Of a DNA stretch of 64,000 bases, positions 27,901 to 38,272 are shown in pieces. Below the pieces are notes generated by a model. That model had not been told where the DNA came from. It saw only the letters and a list, made by a program, of their open reading frames with translations, and ran no database searches. The DNA lies in the NCBI GenBank assembly GCA_964539825.1, contig CAZIKF010000005.1, positions 84,271 to 148,270 on the forward strand, written 5' to 3'. This stretch comes from an uncultured bacterium (lineage in GTDB: Bacteria; Muiribacteriota; UBA6191). The position numbers were made by a program, and so were the translations under genes. How positions within the stretch are numbered: the stretch's first letter is position 1; the number at the start of each line of letters is the position of its first letter.

Positions 27901-30900
27901 TTTGAAGCCGCCAGTGACTATTTAGAAAAGGCCAGTCAACTCAGTCCGGATGATACCGTTTTACATATTACCCTTGGTAATTGCTTCAATGAATTGGATC
28001 AGTTAAACGATGCCATTGAGCAGTACAACATTGCCCTTCAACTGGAACCTCAGAACGCTCAGATTTTTTACGCACTCGGACTGACCCACAAAAAGGAAGG
28101 AAATCTAGACGCCTCCATTCAGAAGCTCCGTCGAAGTATTGAACTTGATCCGTCTGTACCTGAGGTGTATTTCGAACTTGGAAAAATCTTCATAAACAAA
28201 GGCAGACTTGATCTGGCTATAGATAATTTTCAGACCGCCGTAGCTTATCAACCTGGGAATTGTATTTTTCGCTATCATCTTGGCCGTGCATATGTCAGCC
28301 AGGGCTCAATGGCTGACGCTGTTGACGAATTCAAGGAAGCGATTATTCTCGATCCCACTCATGTGGATTCCATCATGGAGCTTGGTCACTATTACACAAC
28401 GATAGATCTTTACGACCAGGCTATCGAGCGCTATAAGCGGGCCACTGAACTAAGTCCAAGCCACCCCGAAGCGAATCTTCAACTTGGGAAATTATATTTG
28501 AAAACTGGCCAATACGCTGACGCAAACCGTCAATTCAAGATTTGCCTCCCCCTTCTCCCTGAATCCGGTGAACTCCTTTTCCAGTTGGGATTAACCTTTT
28601 TCAAAACAAATCAGCTTGAGTCTGCTTTAGATTATTTTAGGAAATCTACTACTCTTGATAGCGACCTACCTGAAGCTCAGTACTATAGCGCCCGGGTTTA
28701 TGCGTTGAAGGACCAAATTCCGGTTGCGATCCAAAGCATGAAAGAAGCATTAACTCTCGATGAAGATAATCCTGAATTCCACCGTTTTCTCGCTGAGTGC
28801 TTTGAGCGGCACAATGATACCAACGAGTCCATCGAACACTATGAAAAGGCCCTCAATCTAAATCCCAACTTATTGGACATAATTTATCGACTTGGTAATA
28901 AGTACAAGCTGGTCAATAATCACGTTGCGATCATTCGTCTATACGAGAAGGCGATTAAACAAACCCCGACTAATGCGCTGTACTACTTTGAACTTGGTGA
29001 GGCATATCGTAGAGAAAACAGGCTGGACAAGGCCATAAAATCCTACGAGAGAGCCCTCAGACTCAACTCGGAATTCATTGAAGCCATCTACTCCCTGGGG
29101 GGAATTTTTGAGACACGCGACCAGTTTACCCGTTTAATCTCCCTATATGAAGAAGCGATCAAATCCTACCCAACCAACGTTCGAGCACATTTTGAACTGG
29201 GTAAATCTTATGCTCGCAAAGAACAGTACAAAAAGGCCATTAAGACCTTTCGCAAAGTGATTCAACTTGATTCTCAGCACAAGCAAGTCTTCGTGGAACT
29301 TGGAGACATTTTGATGTCCACTGAGAACCTTGACCAAGCTCAAAAGGCCTTTGAGAGAGCCTGTGAGTTAACTCCGGAATCTGCTGAGGCACATTATAAA
29401 CTGGCACGGGTTTATGAGGCTAAAGGATATTCTGAGGATTCTACAAAAGAGTACAATCTTGCCAAGGACCTACAAGGATCTAATGCGGAGATTTATTTCA
29501 AACTTGGTATGAGTGCATTTCAAAAGGCAAGCTATCATCAAGCGCTTGCTGAGTTCGAAAAAGCCCTGGAAATAGACCCCAATGATCCACAGGTTTATTA
29601 CCAGATTGGACTTTCTCAATTGTATATAGGAGCGTTTCCCCAGGCTATTGATCATTTTCAGAAGGCTGAAAGTCTAAAGCCGGACTCGGAAGAATATTCA
29701 TACTACCTGGCCAGAGCTCATTTTAAGAACCGGGAATATGCCACGACACTAAAGATCCTAAAGAAGCTAAGTGACAGCCCTCGCTGGACCCGCGAAAGTT
29801 CTATTCTCGTAGGAGACACCTACGTGGAAATCGGGGAGCATCAAAATGCTATTGAAGCATTTCAGAATGCACTAAATCTTGATGAAAATGACCTGGAGGT
29901 TCTGGAAAAACTCTCCTCCGTCTTCCAGGTACAGGAGCGCTGGGAAGATGCGTTGGAGGCTTACCGAAGACTCCTTAAGCGCCAACCCGAGAATACTGAA
30001 CTCTACGTTCTCGTAGGTGACCTGGCAACAAAGATCTTTAGCTATGATACCGCTATCGAACATTATCAAGCCGCCCATCGGAGAGAATCCGACAACCTTG
30101 CCTATGCCATGAAGCTGGCAGATGTCTATTTTCGCGTAGAACATTTTGAACAATGCAAGAACATTTATGAGGAACTGGTACAGAGCTATCCCCATAATGT
30201 CGAAGTTCGAATCCGCCTGGGTGAATCCTATAAGGCTCTGGAACTGGAATTTGAGGCCATTACTCAATTTAGAGAAGCCTACAAAATCTCCCCGAATAAT
30301 CTCGAAGTTCTCCTGGTTCTTGGTACTGATTACTACAAAAAGGGAATCATTGATAAAGCCCTCGATCATTTCGAGAGTATTTTGCAGCAAGTACCACAGC
30401 ATGTGGAAACCCTGCGTAAAGTAGGAACTATCTACCAGGAAAAAAATCTTTACGACCAGGCTATCGGATATTTCTCGCGAGTGCTGGAAGTAGAGGGGAC
30501 CGACCGAGAAGCCCTCGAACGCCTCCAGGATATTTATGGAAGATTGGAGAATCACACCGACCAAATCTCCATGCTGCTTCGCCTGGAACAGCTTGAATCT
30601 GGTAGTGAAAATTATCTCCTGGCAATAGCGGATTGCTATTTCAAATTGATGAATTATGGCAGAACAGAAGAGTACGCCCTAAAGGTCCTTGACCTAAAGG
30701 AGTCCCAGCAGACCGCTCTCAACTTACTTTGTCTTGTGTATATGAAGCAGGAAAACTACCGGTCTGCCATCCTTTACCTGGAAAGAAATCTCAAGCAGAA
30801 TCCTGAGCGAATTGATCTCTACCTGGATCTTTTTAAGGCAAACTTTGAAAGAAACGAAAAGGAAAAGGCCGGAAAATATATTGTCCAAGCACTCTCTATG

Positions 30901-33900
30901 GAAGCAGAAAATTTAGAAGTGCTCCAGACCGCCCTCTATTATTACCGCGAAATCGGAAATCTCTCCAAACAAACTGAAATCTGCGATCGGTTACTCTCCC
31001 TCAAGCCGGATGATTATGCATTTAAGAGGCAGATGGGCAAGCTGCTCATGGAACAAAAGATGTATAAGGAGGCTAGCGATCTTATCAGGGATTTACTTAG
31101 CCACACTCCCAATGATCCTGAGTTACTGGTCTCCCAGGCCAAAATCTATACTCTTCAAGGCCTTCCCTCAAAGGCTGTAATTCAGTTACAACAGGTTCTT
31201 TCCTCCGACCCCAACAATTCGATGGCGCACTTTGAGCTTGGCAGAACCTTCCATGCTCAAAAAGAGTGGAATAAAGCTGTCGTGGAGTTTAAAAAGGCAG
31301 TAAATCTAGGTATCGATGATCCAGCGGCATTTGTGGAGTTGGGAGAAATTTACGCCGCCAAAGGCTTCTTTGAATACGCACTTGAAGTCTATCAAAAGGC
31401 TGCCGTACTTGATAAAGACAATATTCGCAATCATATGGAGATTGCTGAAATTTATTTCAAGCTAAATATGCCTGAGAAAGCTCTTTATGAGTATGAGTCT
31501 CTGCTTGAAAAACAGCCCTCAAACATCCATTTGAATCTGCGTCTTGCCCAGGTCTACCAGGCTAACCAAATGTTCAAAGAATCCATTGGATTACTTGAAC
31601 ATCTCTTTGAGGAAAACCAGGAGAATACAGAAATTCTCTATGAACTGGGAAAAACTCATCTCTATATGAATGAGAAAGAACAGGCACGGGAATATTTTGA
31701 GAGAACCATAGAGCTGGAACCTTCACATATGCGCTCCCAGGTTGAGCTCTCAGTGCTAGACTCCAAAAAAGATCCTCAGGCCGCAATTCAAACACTCAAG
31801 AAGATGATCCAGCAGTCTCCAGCCGAAGACTCTTTCGTTTATCTCTCACGAGTTTATATTGAAAATAATATGATTGATCAGGCTGTCGCTGATTTTAAGG
31901 TTCTCACAAAGACTCATCCAGATAGCGCTCCCACATTTTCTGAGCTAGGTAAGCTTTACACCATCCTATCCAAAGCATTCAACAACGATGAGAAGATGCG
32001 TCAGAGCGGGCTGGACGCTTTGAATAAAGCCGTCTCCCTGGATGAGAATTACTCCCTGGCATATTTTTATCTTGGTGAGAGCTATTACCTTGCCGACAAC
32101 CTGGATGCTTCCCTGGTCCATTTGAAAAAGGCTTATCAACTGGATCCGCAAAATTTAGAGATTAAAGAATTTCTTAATTCAGTTGAGAATCAAAAGATCG
32201 ATATTGAAATCCGCTCCAAGCTCGAAGAAGCCAAGACATACCTGGGAAGAGGAATGGATCAGAATGCTATCATCGAGTATGAGGCTATTTTGGAACTCTC
32301 CCCATTTCATGACGAGGCAAATTTTGATCTGGCATCCATCTACCTAAAGCAAGAGAACCTTGAACTTGCCCGCAAACATCTCCAGAATTCGGTAGAAAAG
32401 AGCCCGGACTACTTGCAGGCTTACTATGAATTAGCCCGAGTTCATAGAATGGAATCTAATCTCAATCAGGCTGAACTGGAACTTAACAAGGTATTAATTC
32501 GAAGGCCTGATGACTTTGAAGCCAATCTCTTGATGGGAGTCATTTTGAGTGAAGCTGGAGAAATTTCCGAGTCCGCCATTTACCTTCAAAAATCTATTGA
32601 AATTAATCCCTCCTCGGCTAAGCCCTATTTCGAAATGGGCAAGATGTTCTTAACCATCGGAGAAATTGATCAAACCAAGTATTTTTACGAGAAATGCTAC
32701 AAGATGGATTCCAGCATCCAGGAAGTAAGTGATTTCTTTGTCCAGCTTGATCAAAAGGAAACTCAAGCCAGGCTAGATCGCTTACTCACCCACGCAAAAG
32801 AGGCTGAGGAACGTGGTGATTCTTTAGGTGCCAAAACTTTTTACGAAGATATACTTGGTATCCAGCCCAGCCAGTTTTACGCAAGATATCGGTCCGGGGA
32901 AATCAATGAGGAACTGGGTAAACTTGGAGAAGCGGCATTCGACTATCAACAGGCTTATGTTCAGTATGAAGATCAGAAAGCTAAGTTCCCGGCTTTACCG
33001 GTGAAACTTGGAAGAGTCCTTGCCAATCTTCACCGACCCGCGGAAGCAATTCCAGTCCTGCGTCATGCCTTGGAGATTGAACCTGGCAATGAAGACCTCC
33101 ACTTTACCTTGATAGAGCAATATAAGGATCATTTCTCGCAAACTGGGGAGGGGGAGTTTGATGGAGTTGCTGCTGACATGGTGATTTCTGAATACCAGAA
33201 AAAGGCTAAAGATAATCCCAATTCCCATGTTGGCTGGATTTCTCTCGGATTCTGTTACAGGGTCAATTTGACAGGTGCCGCCGAATTGGAACCAGTCCAT
33301 GAAGCGGGAATTGAAGCCTACCAAAAAGCCCATTCACTTGAGCCTCAAAATGAACACGCCCTTTATCAGCTAGGACTTCTGCATCATTTTACTGGAAAAA
33401 TCGCGCGGGCTAAGGAGTTTCTGAAAACACTGATCGACCTCAACCACAAGTACCTCAAGGCTTACGAGCGCCTGGCACGTATTTACTCGGATAGTAAGGA
33501 ATTTCAAGAAGGTATTGATTGCCTGCGCAAGCTGATCCGTCTTGATCCAGATAATGGGGAACATCGAATCGCCTTGTGTGATTTCCTTAAAGAGGTTGCA
33601 GAGGCTGATCCTGAAAAGGAAAAGCTATTTGCCCAGTATAAGCGCGAATATACTCATGCCGTTGAGGAAAACCCCGATAACTTCATGGCCCACTTTGATC
33701 ATGGGTATGCCTTGCTCACACTCAACTCCAGCCTATCCCTTGGTGAACATGAGTCCAGCATGGCTATCAGTGAATTCAAAAATGCGATCTCAAAAGAACC
33801 AGGAAATCCCTGGGGCTACTGGGGACTCAAGCGAGTCTACAACAAAGAATCCATCGCCGGAAAACCACGCTATCAGGAGGCCATTGACATTGCCAAGAAG

Positions 33901-34203
33901 GCCCTTGATCAGGCTCCAAACTTGGCCCGCTCTTATCTCGAACTAGCTAACGCACTCAATGAAGACTACGAAACTAACCGTAAAGGCGAAGCTCTTGATA
34001 ACTATAAGAAGGCCGCGATTCTTGATCCTGACTCCATTGAAACTTTCTTTAAACTGGCCTCAATCTGCAGGATTCGAAACCAGTTTGATGAAGCCGTGCG
34101 CTATTACCAGATGGTGATAGAACTAGATCCCACTACAGGCTATGCAAAAGATGCGCGGCGGTCCCTCATCCACATCGAGAAGTCTCGGGCCGACATCGGC
34201 TAG
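24928..34203 (+). CDS. Giant tetratricopeptide-repeat protein (3091 aa)
   Basis: Essentially the whole protein is 34-aa TPR units (W-LG-Y-A-F-A-P consensus recurring, e.g. AHFELGKSYARKEQYKKAIKTFRKVIQLDSQH), estimated at more than 70 repeats. No other domain is seen. Confidence 0.8.
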   Translation: MNDDVLREIREHLARIEQLSAHYIDRVQQNISEQETRQLEDALTQLPKQERLERADLYFNRAEQLFYQGDLHKAKAEFRKVVLADPDHKQAILNLANLSSLAREFDEAILGLKHCLKIDPEYGFAQQWILLQYRFMYANHASGMEMLQRVLTRLEQRFSEDSNGPCDGYALAMGYLLFDTGEAIESRISRAKKIILKEIEDKPSNPFLRWALKYACLHPAAGVPSKKDLKNAIEACEIAVEAGSFLDQAYFELAESLEIQAGFHAPKKSISQAQEFYEKSLEVNSSHIDSLIRLATIQEGQFQYYDALNYLQRAVEHDPFHTYALSKLGRLYRQTRFYDKALSVLNRFLEIAGTFGCNPYLNILSSAEEGYLDLLDIRQELALTFEASHKIEDALSQYKIILKEKPDIIQAGEKYIDLYFWKYRNAENAEHEFEGLIKHYKEVCFFDPGNAVLSYLLGYAYYRFHEAFSYKEEVLTRAIQQFEKATRTDATLKEAYFSLKELYLETTFRQQHSDALDKAFKCTQGILERLPDNALCYYHHGEVLEAKDELEAASNHFHKAIEIDPDLTSAYSRLSRIHHRQGDYDKAIEICNEILRRLPNDAWAHHELGQVFYLKGEYKKALNELTHAIELDSGFVKSYSLMGQIFYEQSNYDKALPQYLKILDHDQRHQLALLRCGHLYNLLEQYSDSRTYLDRLLKIDPDDSRGILEYGHTFFHEEKLDEAISKYRRVLALDPKNLLARYNLSRIFSKQEKLEDQENELRDLIQLSPQHLKGLLDLGDLYVLRDRVYEAEELYSKAREHFPDSLDVLFRLARVYDSQAMLEKMNDILYQILELDPQNYQATYLLARGYEQRKFFEKAYQHYQNAHKMNPKDIEILFSLGNLDFQQNQLQQAEEYFKKVLKGDFHHVPSLKRLGQTKYQTHEYKDSITFFKRASEKDPNDFETHYLMGRCYFELGLLDKAKDTFYTALDLAPNHLESNRALGQLFLKETNFEAASDYLEKASQLSPDDTVLHITLGNCFNELDQLNDAIEQYNIALQLEPQNAQIFYALGLTHKKEGNLDASIQKLRRSIELDPSVPEVYFELGKIFINKGRLDLAIDNFQTAVAYQPGNCIFRYHLGRAYVSQGSMADAVDEFKEAIILDPTHVDSIMELGHYYTTIDLYDQAIERYKRATELSPSHPEANLQLGKLYLKTGQYADANRQFKICLPLLPESGELLFQLGLTFFKTNQLESALDYFRKSTTLDSDLPEAQYYSARVYALKDQIPVAIQSMKEALTLDEDNPEFHRFLAECFERHNDTNESIEHYEKALNLNPNLLDIIYRLGNKYKLVNNHVAIIRLYEKAIKQTPTNALYYFELGEAYRRENRLDKAIKSYERALRLNSEFIEAIYSLGGIFETRDQFTRLISLYEEAIKSYPTNVRAHFELGKSYARKEQYKKAIKTFRKVIQLDSQHKQVFVELGDILMSTENLDQAQKAFERACELTPESAEAHYKLARVYEAKGYSEDSTKEYNLAKDLQGSNAEIYFKLGMSAFQKASYHQALAEFEKALEIDPNDPQVYYQIGLSQLYIGAFPQAIDHFQKAESLKPDSEEYSYYLARAHFKNREYATTLKILKKLSDSPRWTRESSILVGDTYVEIGEHQNAIEAFQNALNLDENDLEVLEKLSSVFQVQERWEDALEAYRRLLKRQPENTELYVLVGDLATKIFSYDTAIEHYQAAHRRESDNLAYAMKLADVYFRVEHFEQCKNIYEELVQSYPHNVEVRIRLGESYKALELEFEAITQFREAYKISPNNLEVLLVLGTDYYKKGIIDKALDHFESILQQVPQHVETLRKVGTIYQEKNLYDQAIGYFSRVLEVEGTDREALERLQDIYGRLENHTDQISMLLRLEQLESGSENYLLAIADCYFKLMNYGRTEEYALKVLDLKESQQTALNLLCLVYMKQENYRSAILYLERNLKQNPERIDLYLDLFKANFERNEKEKAGKYIVQALSMEAENLEVLQTALYYYREIGNLSKQTEICDRLLSLKPDDYAFKRQMGKLLMEQKMYKEASDLIRDLLSHTPNDPELLVSQAKIYTLQGLPSKAVIQLQQVLSSDPNNSMAHFELGRTFHAQKEWNKAVVEFKKAVNLGIDDPAAFVELGEIYAAKGFFEYALEVYQKAAVLDKDNIRNHMEIAEIYFKLNMPEKALYEYESLLEKQPSNIHLNLRLAQVYQANQMFKESIGLLEHLFEENQENTEILYELGKTHLYMNEKEQAREYFERTIELEPSHMRSQVELSVLDSKKDPQAAIQTLKKMIQQSPAEDSFVYLSRVYIENNMIDQAVADFKVLTKTHPDSAPTFSELGKLYTILSKAFNNDEKMRQSGLDALNKAVSLDENYSLAYFYLGESYYLADNLDASLVHLKKAYQLDPQNLEIKEFLNSVENQKIDIEIRSKLEEAKTYLGRGMDQNAIIEYEAILELSPFHDEANFDLASIYLKQENLELARKHLQNSVEKSPDYLQAYYELARVHRMESNLNQAELELNKVLIRRPDDFEANLLMGVILSEAGEISESAIYLQKSIEINPSSAKPYFEMGKMFLTIGEIDQTKYFYEKCYKMDSSIQEVSDFFVQLDQKETQARLDRLLTHAKEAEERGDSLGAKTFYEDILGIQPSQFYARYRSGEINEELGKLGEAAFDYQQAYVQYEDQKAKFPALPVKLGRVLANLHRPAEAIPVLRHALEIEPGNEDLHFTLIEQYKDHFSQTGEGEFDGVAADMVISEYQKKAKDNPNSHVGWISLGFCYRVNLTGAAELEPVHEAGIEAYQKAHSLEPQNEHALYQLGLLHHFTGKIARAKEFLKTLIDLNHKYLKAYERLARIYSDSKEFQEGIDCLRKLIRLDPDNGEHRIALCDFLKEVAEADPEKEKLFAQYKREYTHAVEENPDNFMAHFDHGYALLTLNSSLSLGEHESSMAISEFKNAISKEPGNPWGYWGLKRVYNKESIAGKPRYQEAIDIAKKALDQAPNLARSYLELANALNEDYETNRKGEALDNYKKAAILDPDSIETFFKLASICRIRNQFDEAVRYYQMVIELDPTTGYAKDARRSLIHIEKSRADIG

Positions 34204-34370
34204 AGTTCTTATTTTGCCCCAATTTCCCGCAACAAAGTCATACAAAAACATTCATCAATAGTCCAAAAACATCGATAGATTCTTAAAGAGACTCTAAAGT
34301 TGATGTAGATGGGGTCCGGATCGGTGTTTTTGCTGTCAAATTCTCTCAATCCCCTTAAAATAACGGCTCC

Positions 34371-35669
34371 ATGACCCAAAACAAGATCTTTTTATCTCAC
34401 CTTGGATGCGCCAAAAATATGGTGGATTCAGAAATCTTTTTATCCCATTTTCTTCGTCTTGGATTTGAGGAGACTGAGGAATCTGACGAAGCTGACCTTG
34501 TCTTGATCAATACTTGTGGATTTATACAGTCTGCCAAAGAGCAATCCATCGACACGATCCTTGAGCACATCAAAAGAAAGGAAGTTCGTGTAGTTGTCGC
34601 TGGATGCCTCTATCAAAGATATAAGTCACTCAGCACTCAGATACCCGAAGTAGACGGCTGGCTAAAGAATAACCAATGGGAGGAAGTCAAATCCCTGGTC
34701 GAAGGTCTTGGATTCCAGGGGAAACCAGTCGAAACACCTTTTGATCCCTATTCCCGAGTCCTTTATGAAAAGGGCCCCCACGCCTATCTACGGATCTCTG
34801 AGGGCTGCAATAAAACCTGTACCTTTTGCGCTATTCCTAAGTTCAAGGGAAAAATGTCATCAAGGACCATAGAATCTCTCGTGGAAGAATCCACCAATCT
34901 AATCAAGAAAGGTATACGCGAAATTAACGTTGTATCCCAGGATACCTGTAACTATGGGGTGGATCTCTATGGCTCAGCAGCTGGCGGAAGGCATCTAATG
35001 AGACTGCTCAAAGAGCTGGAGAAACTTGATGTGGCCAGAATTCGCCTACTCTATCTCTACCCTCTTTGGCTCTCAGAAGAATTTTATGAGTATATGGCCG
35101 CCTCAGATAAAATTTGTAATTACATAGATATGCCTTTACAGCACTCTAACCGCGAGGTTTTGAGAGCCATGAAGCGTCCGGGTGATACAGGGAGGTACCT
35201 CAAGGAACTACAGAAGATACGCTCTATCATTCCCGATGTGAGCCTACGCTCCACTTTCCTGGTGGGATTTCCGGGGGAAACTGAAGAACAATTCCAAGAG
35301 CTTGTCTCCTTCGTGAGAAATGCGGGACTGGAATGGATGGGGGCATTTACTTACTCGAAAGAAGAGGGAACCACCGCGTTCGAACTGAGCACAAGAGTTC
35401 ACCATAAGACCAGGGAGCGAAGAAAAAGAGAATTGATTCAGGCCTATGAAGAAACCAGGTATAAGCAGCCATCCCGTGTAGGAAAGAGTGAATTGGTTCT
35501 CATGGAAGAAAAAATCGATGGGACCTGGATTGGCAGAACCCAACATCAAGCTCCCGAGGTGGATGGAGTCACTTACGTATCTCTTCAGAGTGCCCAGCCT
35601 GGAGATTACATACCAGTGACAATTAAAGCTGAGGAAGGTTTTGATCTTCTGGCAAAGGCATACCAATAG
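34371..35669 (+). CDS. rimO: Ribosomal protein S12 methylthiotransferase (MiaB-like radical SAM MTTase, RimO-type)
   Basis: N-terminal MTTase Cys (LGCAKNMVDSE...NTCGFI). Radical SAM CNKTCTFCAIP. C-terminal TRAM-like region. 432 aa. Confidence 0.7.
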   Translation: MTQNKIFLSHLGCAKNMVDSEIFLSHFLRLGFEETEESDEADLVLINTCGFIQSAKEQSIDTILEHIKRKEVRVVVAGCLYQRYKSLSTQIPEVDGWLKNNQWEEVKSLVEGLGFQGKPVETPFDPYSRVLYEKGPHAYLRISEGCNKTCTFCAIPKFKGKMSSRTIESLVEESTNLIKKGIREINVVSQDTCNYGVDLYGSAAGGRHLMRLLKELEKLDVARIRLLYLYPLWLSEEFYEYMAASDKICNYIDMPLQHSNREVLRAMKRPGDTGRYLKELQKIRSIIPDVSLRSTFLVGFPGETEEQFQELVSFVRNAGLEWMGAFTYSKEEGTTAFELSTRVHHKTRERRKRELIQAYEETRYKQPSRVGKSELVLMEEKIDGTWIGRTQHQAPEVDGVTYVSLQSAQPGDYIPVTIKAEEGFDLLAKAYQ

Positions 35670-35677
35670 GAGTGCGG

Positions 35678-37810
35678 ATGGGTTCAGAATCCTGTGAGCA
35701 AGTTACCGTTGAAATTGATGCGATAGACCATCTCCTCGAAGATGCCTTTTGCTTCATACAGGTAATGTTTATGGATCCCTGGAATTATGGATATGCGGTA
35801 GATTCTCTCAGACTGACTCACTGGATCCTTTCACTGGATAACCTCCTCGCCATAGAGCTTCCAGAGGAGTTTTTGGAAATTGAAACACTACTCGCCAAAG
35901 AACGCTCCTTTCGTAACATTTCGCGAACAATTGCCAATAGCAGAACTCTCCAAGAACAATCCCTCTCCCTGCTTCTTTTGCTTCTTTCCCAGGTAGACCC
36001 CTCCAATATCACGCAAAGGGAAGGCTTAGAAAATTTACAAAATTTCGCCTATTCGAAACTTCTCTTCGGCCCCTGGTTTCAAAACTCCACTCCACAATCC
36101 TCAATTCCAGTCAATGCAGTTCTAAGAATGCGTCTGTTTAACCCGATCCACCTATTTCGCTGGAAACTCGGCATGGAATTTCACGCCACAGAGAGATCCA
36201 TTAAAGTCGGCTCTCAATGGGTTCCTGATCTTCAAGCGATATGTGAGCTCAATGATCTGATACGGATGGAGAGTCTCCCCCTTCGTTGCGGCTATCAACC
36301 GGTAACCCATCTCATACCCCTGGGCTCTCAAACCCTGAGACCTATTGATTCACTCCATGACTTTTATGAGGTCCTGGTAAATCCCGCTCGTACTTTCCGG
36401 TCTCCCGCGCCCTTTCATCCCAGTGTGATCCGCTGTGTACAATCTATACTGGGTCTTGATCTAGCTAAAATAAGCGCTGAACAATCCAAGTTCACGCGGC
36501 TCATGGAACACTTGAATGAGTCTAGCTCCTATATTGGGCGAAAACACCTCTACGCGGACCCCTTGATGCTGGGACATCCCTTTCTTCCAGGGCAGATCAC
36601 AACCTTTGATGAACCAGTCTTTCTCAACTCCAGTTTTCGATCCCGTTCTGGAAGTTCCACAAAGCTGCAGCCATGGGAAAGTCTTTTCCGAGGATTGGCA
36701 AATCTCCCCAGCCTACTCAATAAGTTAGGTCCGGATGAAATCTACGGCCTATACCAAGAAATCCGCTTGACTTCAAAAGATAAGCTGGTATCTCTTTCAC
36801 AACAGTTAAATACAAGTATTACCCAAGAGAACTTAAGTCCAGAAAATCCTAGAATTTCCAAAGTAAAGGTCCAACCCATGTCTATTCGCCGCAAAGCCGA
36901 ATTGATGCGTAAAAAGCGCGAGACAAATATTCGCTATAACTATCCCCTGAGTTCCCCTCTGAACTCTTTTGATGAATCAAACAAAGATTACGAAGAGGAG
37001 CCATTTCTAACCAATGAGCTCCTTCTCTCAATCTTCGACTCTGAAGAGTGGATGAACAATCCATCCGGATTTTTTTTATTAGCAAAAAGACTCATCATGG
37101 CTGCTGATAAGGAGCAAAAATCCTCTCTGCCGGATCTTGAAAATCTTGAAAAACTCTTCCAAGAAGCCGCCGACTCCAAATCCGATAAACCCATTGAAGA
37201 TGTCCTGAAATCCTGTATGACCATCTCTGAAAATCTTGATGAGGACAAACTCAAGAAACTGGTAGCAGTCTCAAAGGACCTTCCGGTTATCCACCAGGTA
37301 TTCAGCAATGAATTCTATTCCTCCGAGGCCAGAAGACTCATTCGCGAACAGAAGTGGGATCTCCTACCAAAAAAGGAGAGGGCTGAACTAGGTACCCAGG
37401 CAAGGAAGAAACATGTCCAGAAACTTGCCGCAGTTAAATTAGATCAATTTTTGAAGAAAGATTTAATGTCGCCAAACGAAATAAAAACGCTTAGCAAACT
37501 AACCGTTGATCTACTGGAACAGCTTATCCACTTTCTGCAGAATCAAAGTGAATCACACCCTGTAATAAAAACGTTAAAATCTGATCTTTCAAAGATCCAT
37601 TCTAGACATGAAGATCGATTAAAACGTAGAGTAGAAGGTATGGATTCAGACTTTGTTTTGGAATGCCAGATTTGGCTCCAATCCCTATGCACATACCTTC
37701 ACGCCAAGAATTCAGAATCCTATTTTAGTGTAATGCAAAACATTGAGGATCTATTTCAAACGGTCTGGAAAAAGGTCGAACAAAACCTACTGACCGACCT
37801 GGTAGTATGA
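35678..37810 (+). CDS. Large hypothetical protein (about 710 aa), no recognisable domain
   Basis: ATG at 35678 with an AGGAG RBS 5 nt upstream. No Walker, nuclease or metal motifs seen. Follows rimO with a 9-nt gap. Confidence 0.5.
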   Translation: MGSESCEQVTVEIDAIDHLLEDAFCFIQVMFMDPWNYGYAVDSLRLTHWILSLDNLLAIELPEEFLEIETLLAKERSFRNISRTIANSRTLQEQSLSLLLLLLSQVDPSNITQREGLENLQNFAYSKLLFGPWFQNSTPQSSIPVNAVLRMRLFNPIHLFRWKLGMEFHATERSIKVGSQWVPDLQAICELNDLIRMESLPLRCGYQPVTHLIPLGSQTLRPIDSLHDFYEVLVNPARTFRSPAPFHPSVIRCVQSILGLDLAKISAEQSKFTRLMEHLNESSSYIGRKHLYADPLMLGHPFLPGQITTFDEPVFLNSSFRSRSGSSTKLQPWESLFRGLANLPSLLNKLGPDEIYGLYQEIRLTSKDKLVSLSQQLNTSITQENLSPENPRISKVKVQPMSIRRKAELMRKKRETNIRYNYPLSSPLNSFDESNKDYEEEPFLTNELLLSIFDSEEWMNNPSGFFLLAKRLIMAADKEQKSSLPDLENLEKLFQEAADSKSDKPIEDVLKSCMTISENLDEDKLKKLVAVSKDLPVIHQVFSNEFYSSEARRLIREQKWDLLPKKERAELGTQARKKHVQKLAAVKLDQFLKKDLMSPNEIKTLSKLTVDLLEQLIHFLQNQSESHPVIKTLKSDLSKIHSRHEDRLKRRVEGMDSDFVLECQIWLQSLCTYLHAKNSESYFSVMQNIEDLFQTVWKKVEQNLLTDLVV

Positions 37811-38229
37811 GTCGGCAGAAGAGTCCCGCACAACAACAACGCGAACAGATTAAAAGTGTAGACGAGAAACTTGGTGATTTTCTTCAAGACCAGGGATTTG
37901 ATAAGTCTGCTGACCTTAATTTACCCAGTCTAAGCCCTGAGGAGTATCGCCTAATAAGGGAAAAGCTCAATTCAGAGGAGAAGACCAGGTCGCAGGAATC
38001 TCCACTGCCGATCGGCAGCCGCACCCTAGACCTGACCCGTGAGGAAGAAGACATCCTCATTGAATACCGACGAAAATTCAATGAAAACCGGAATCAACAA
38101 TCAAACAGTCGAATCTTCACGGATGAGGACCTCATCCATGCCCTGGTTTTCACCATAATAAAGAAATCTAAGGACCCCCATGATGTTCACTCTCTCGAAG
38201 AGATCCGCCAGTTTTTTGAAAAAATATAG
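37807..38229 (+). CDS. Hypothetical protein (140 aa), acidic/helical
   Basis: ATGA overlap with the upstream ORF. No motif. Confidence 0.4.
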   Translation: MSRQKSPAQQQREQIKSVDEKLGDFLQDQGFDKSADLNLPSLSPEEYRLIREKLNSEEKTRSQESPLPIGSRTLDLTREEEDILIEYRRKFNENRNQQSNSRIFTDEDLIHALVFTIIKKSKDPHDVHSLEEIRQFFEKI

Positions 38230-38272
38230 ACCTACTTATTCAAAATCCTCGACTTGAATCACAAGAAGAACA

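Noticed and set aside
25292-33946. Numerous 60-180-aa ORFs on both strands inside the TPR giant (e.g. 26047-26601, 29872-30564, 32995-33333)
   Set aside because: They are antisense or alternate-frame artefacts of a long, compositionally biased repeat gene. None has an RBS or motif, and all are fully nested in the 9.3-kb TPR CDS.
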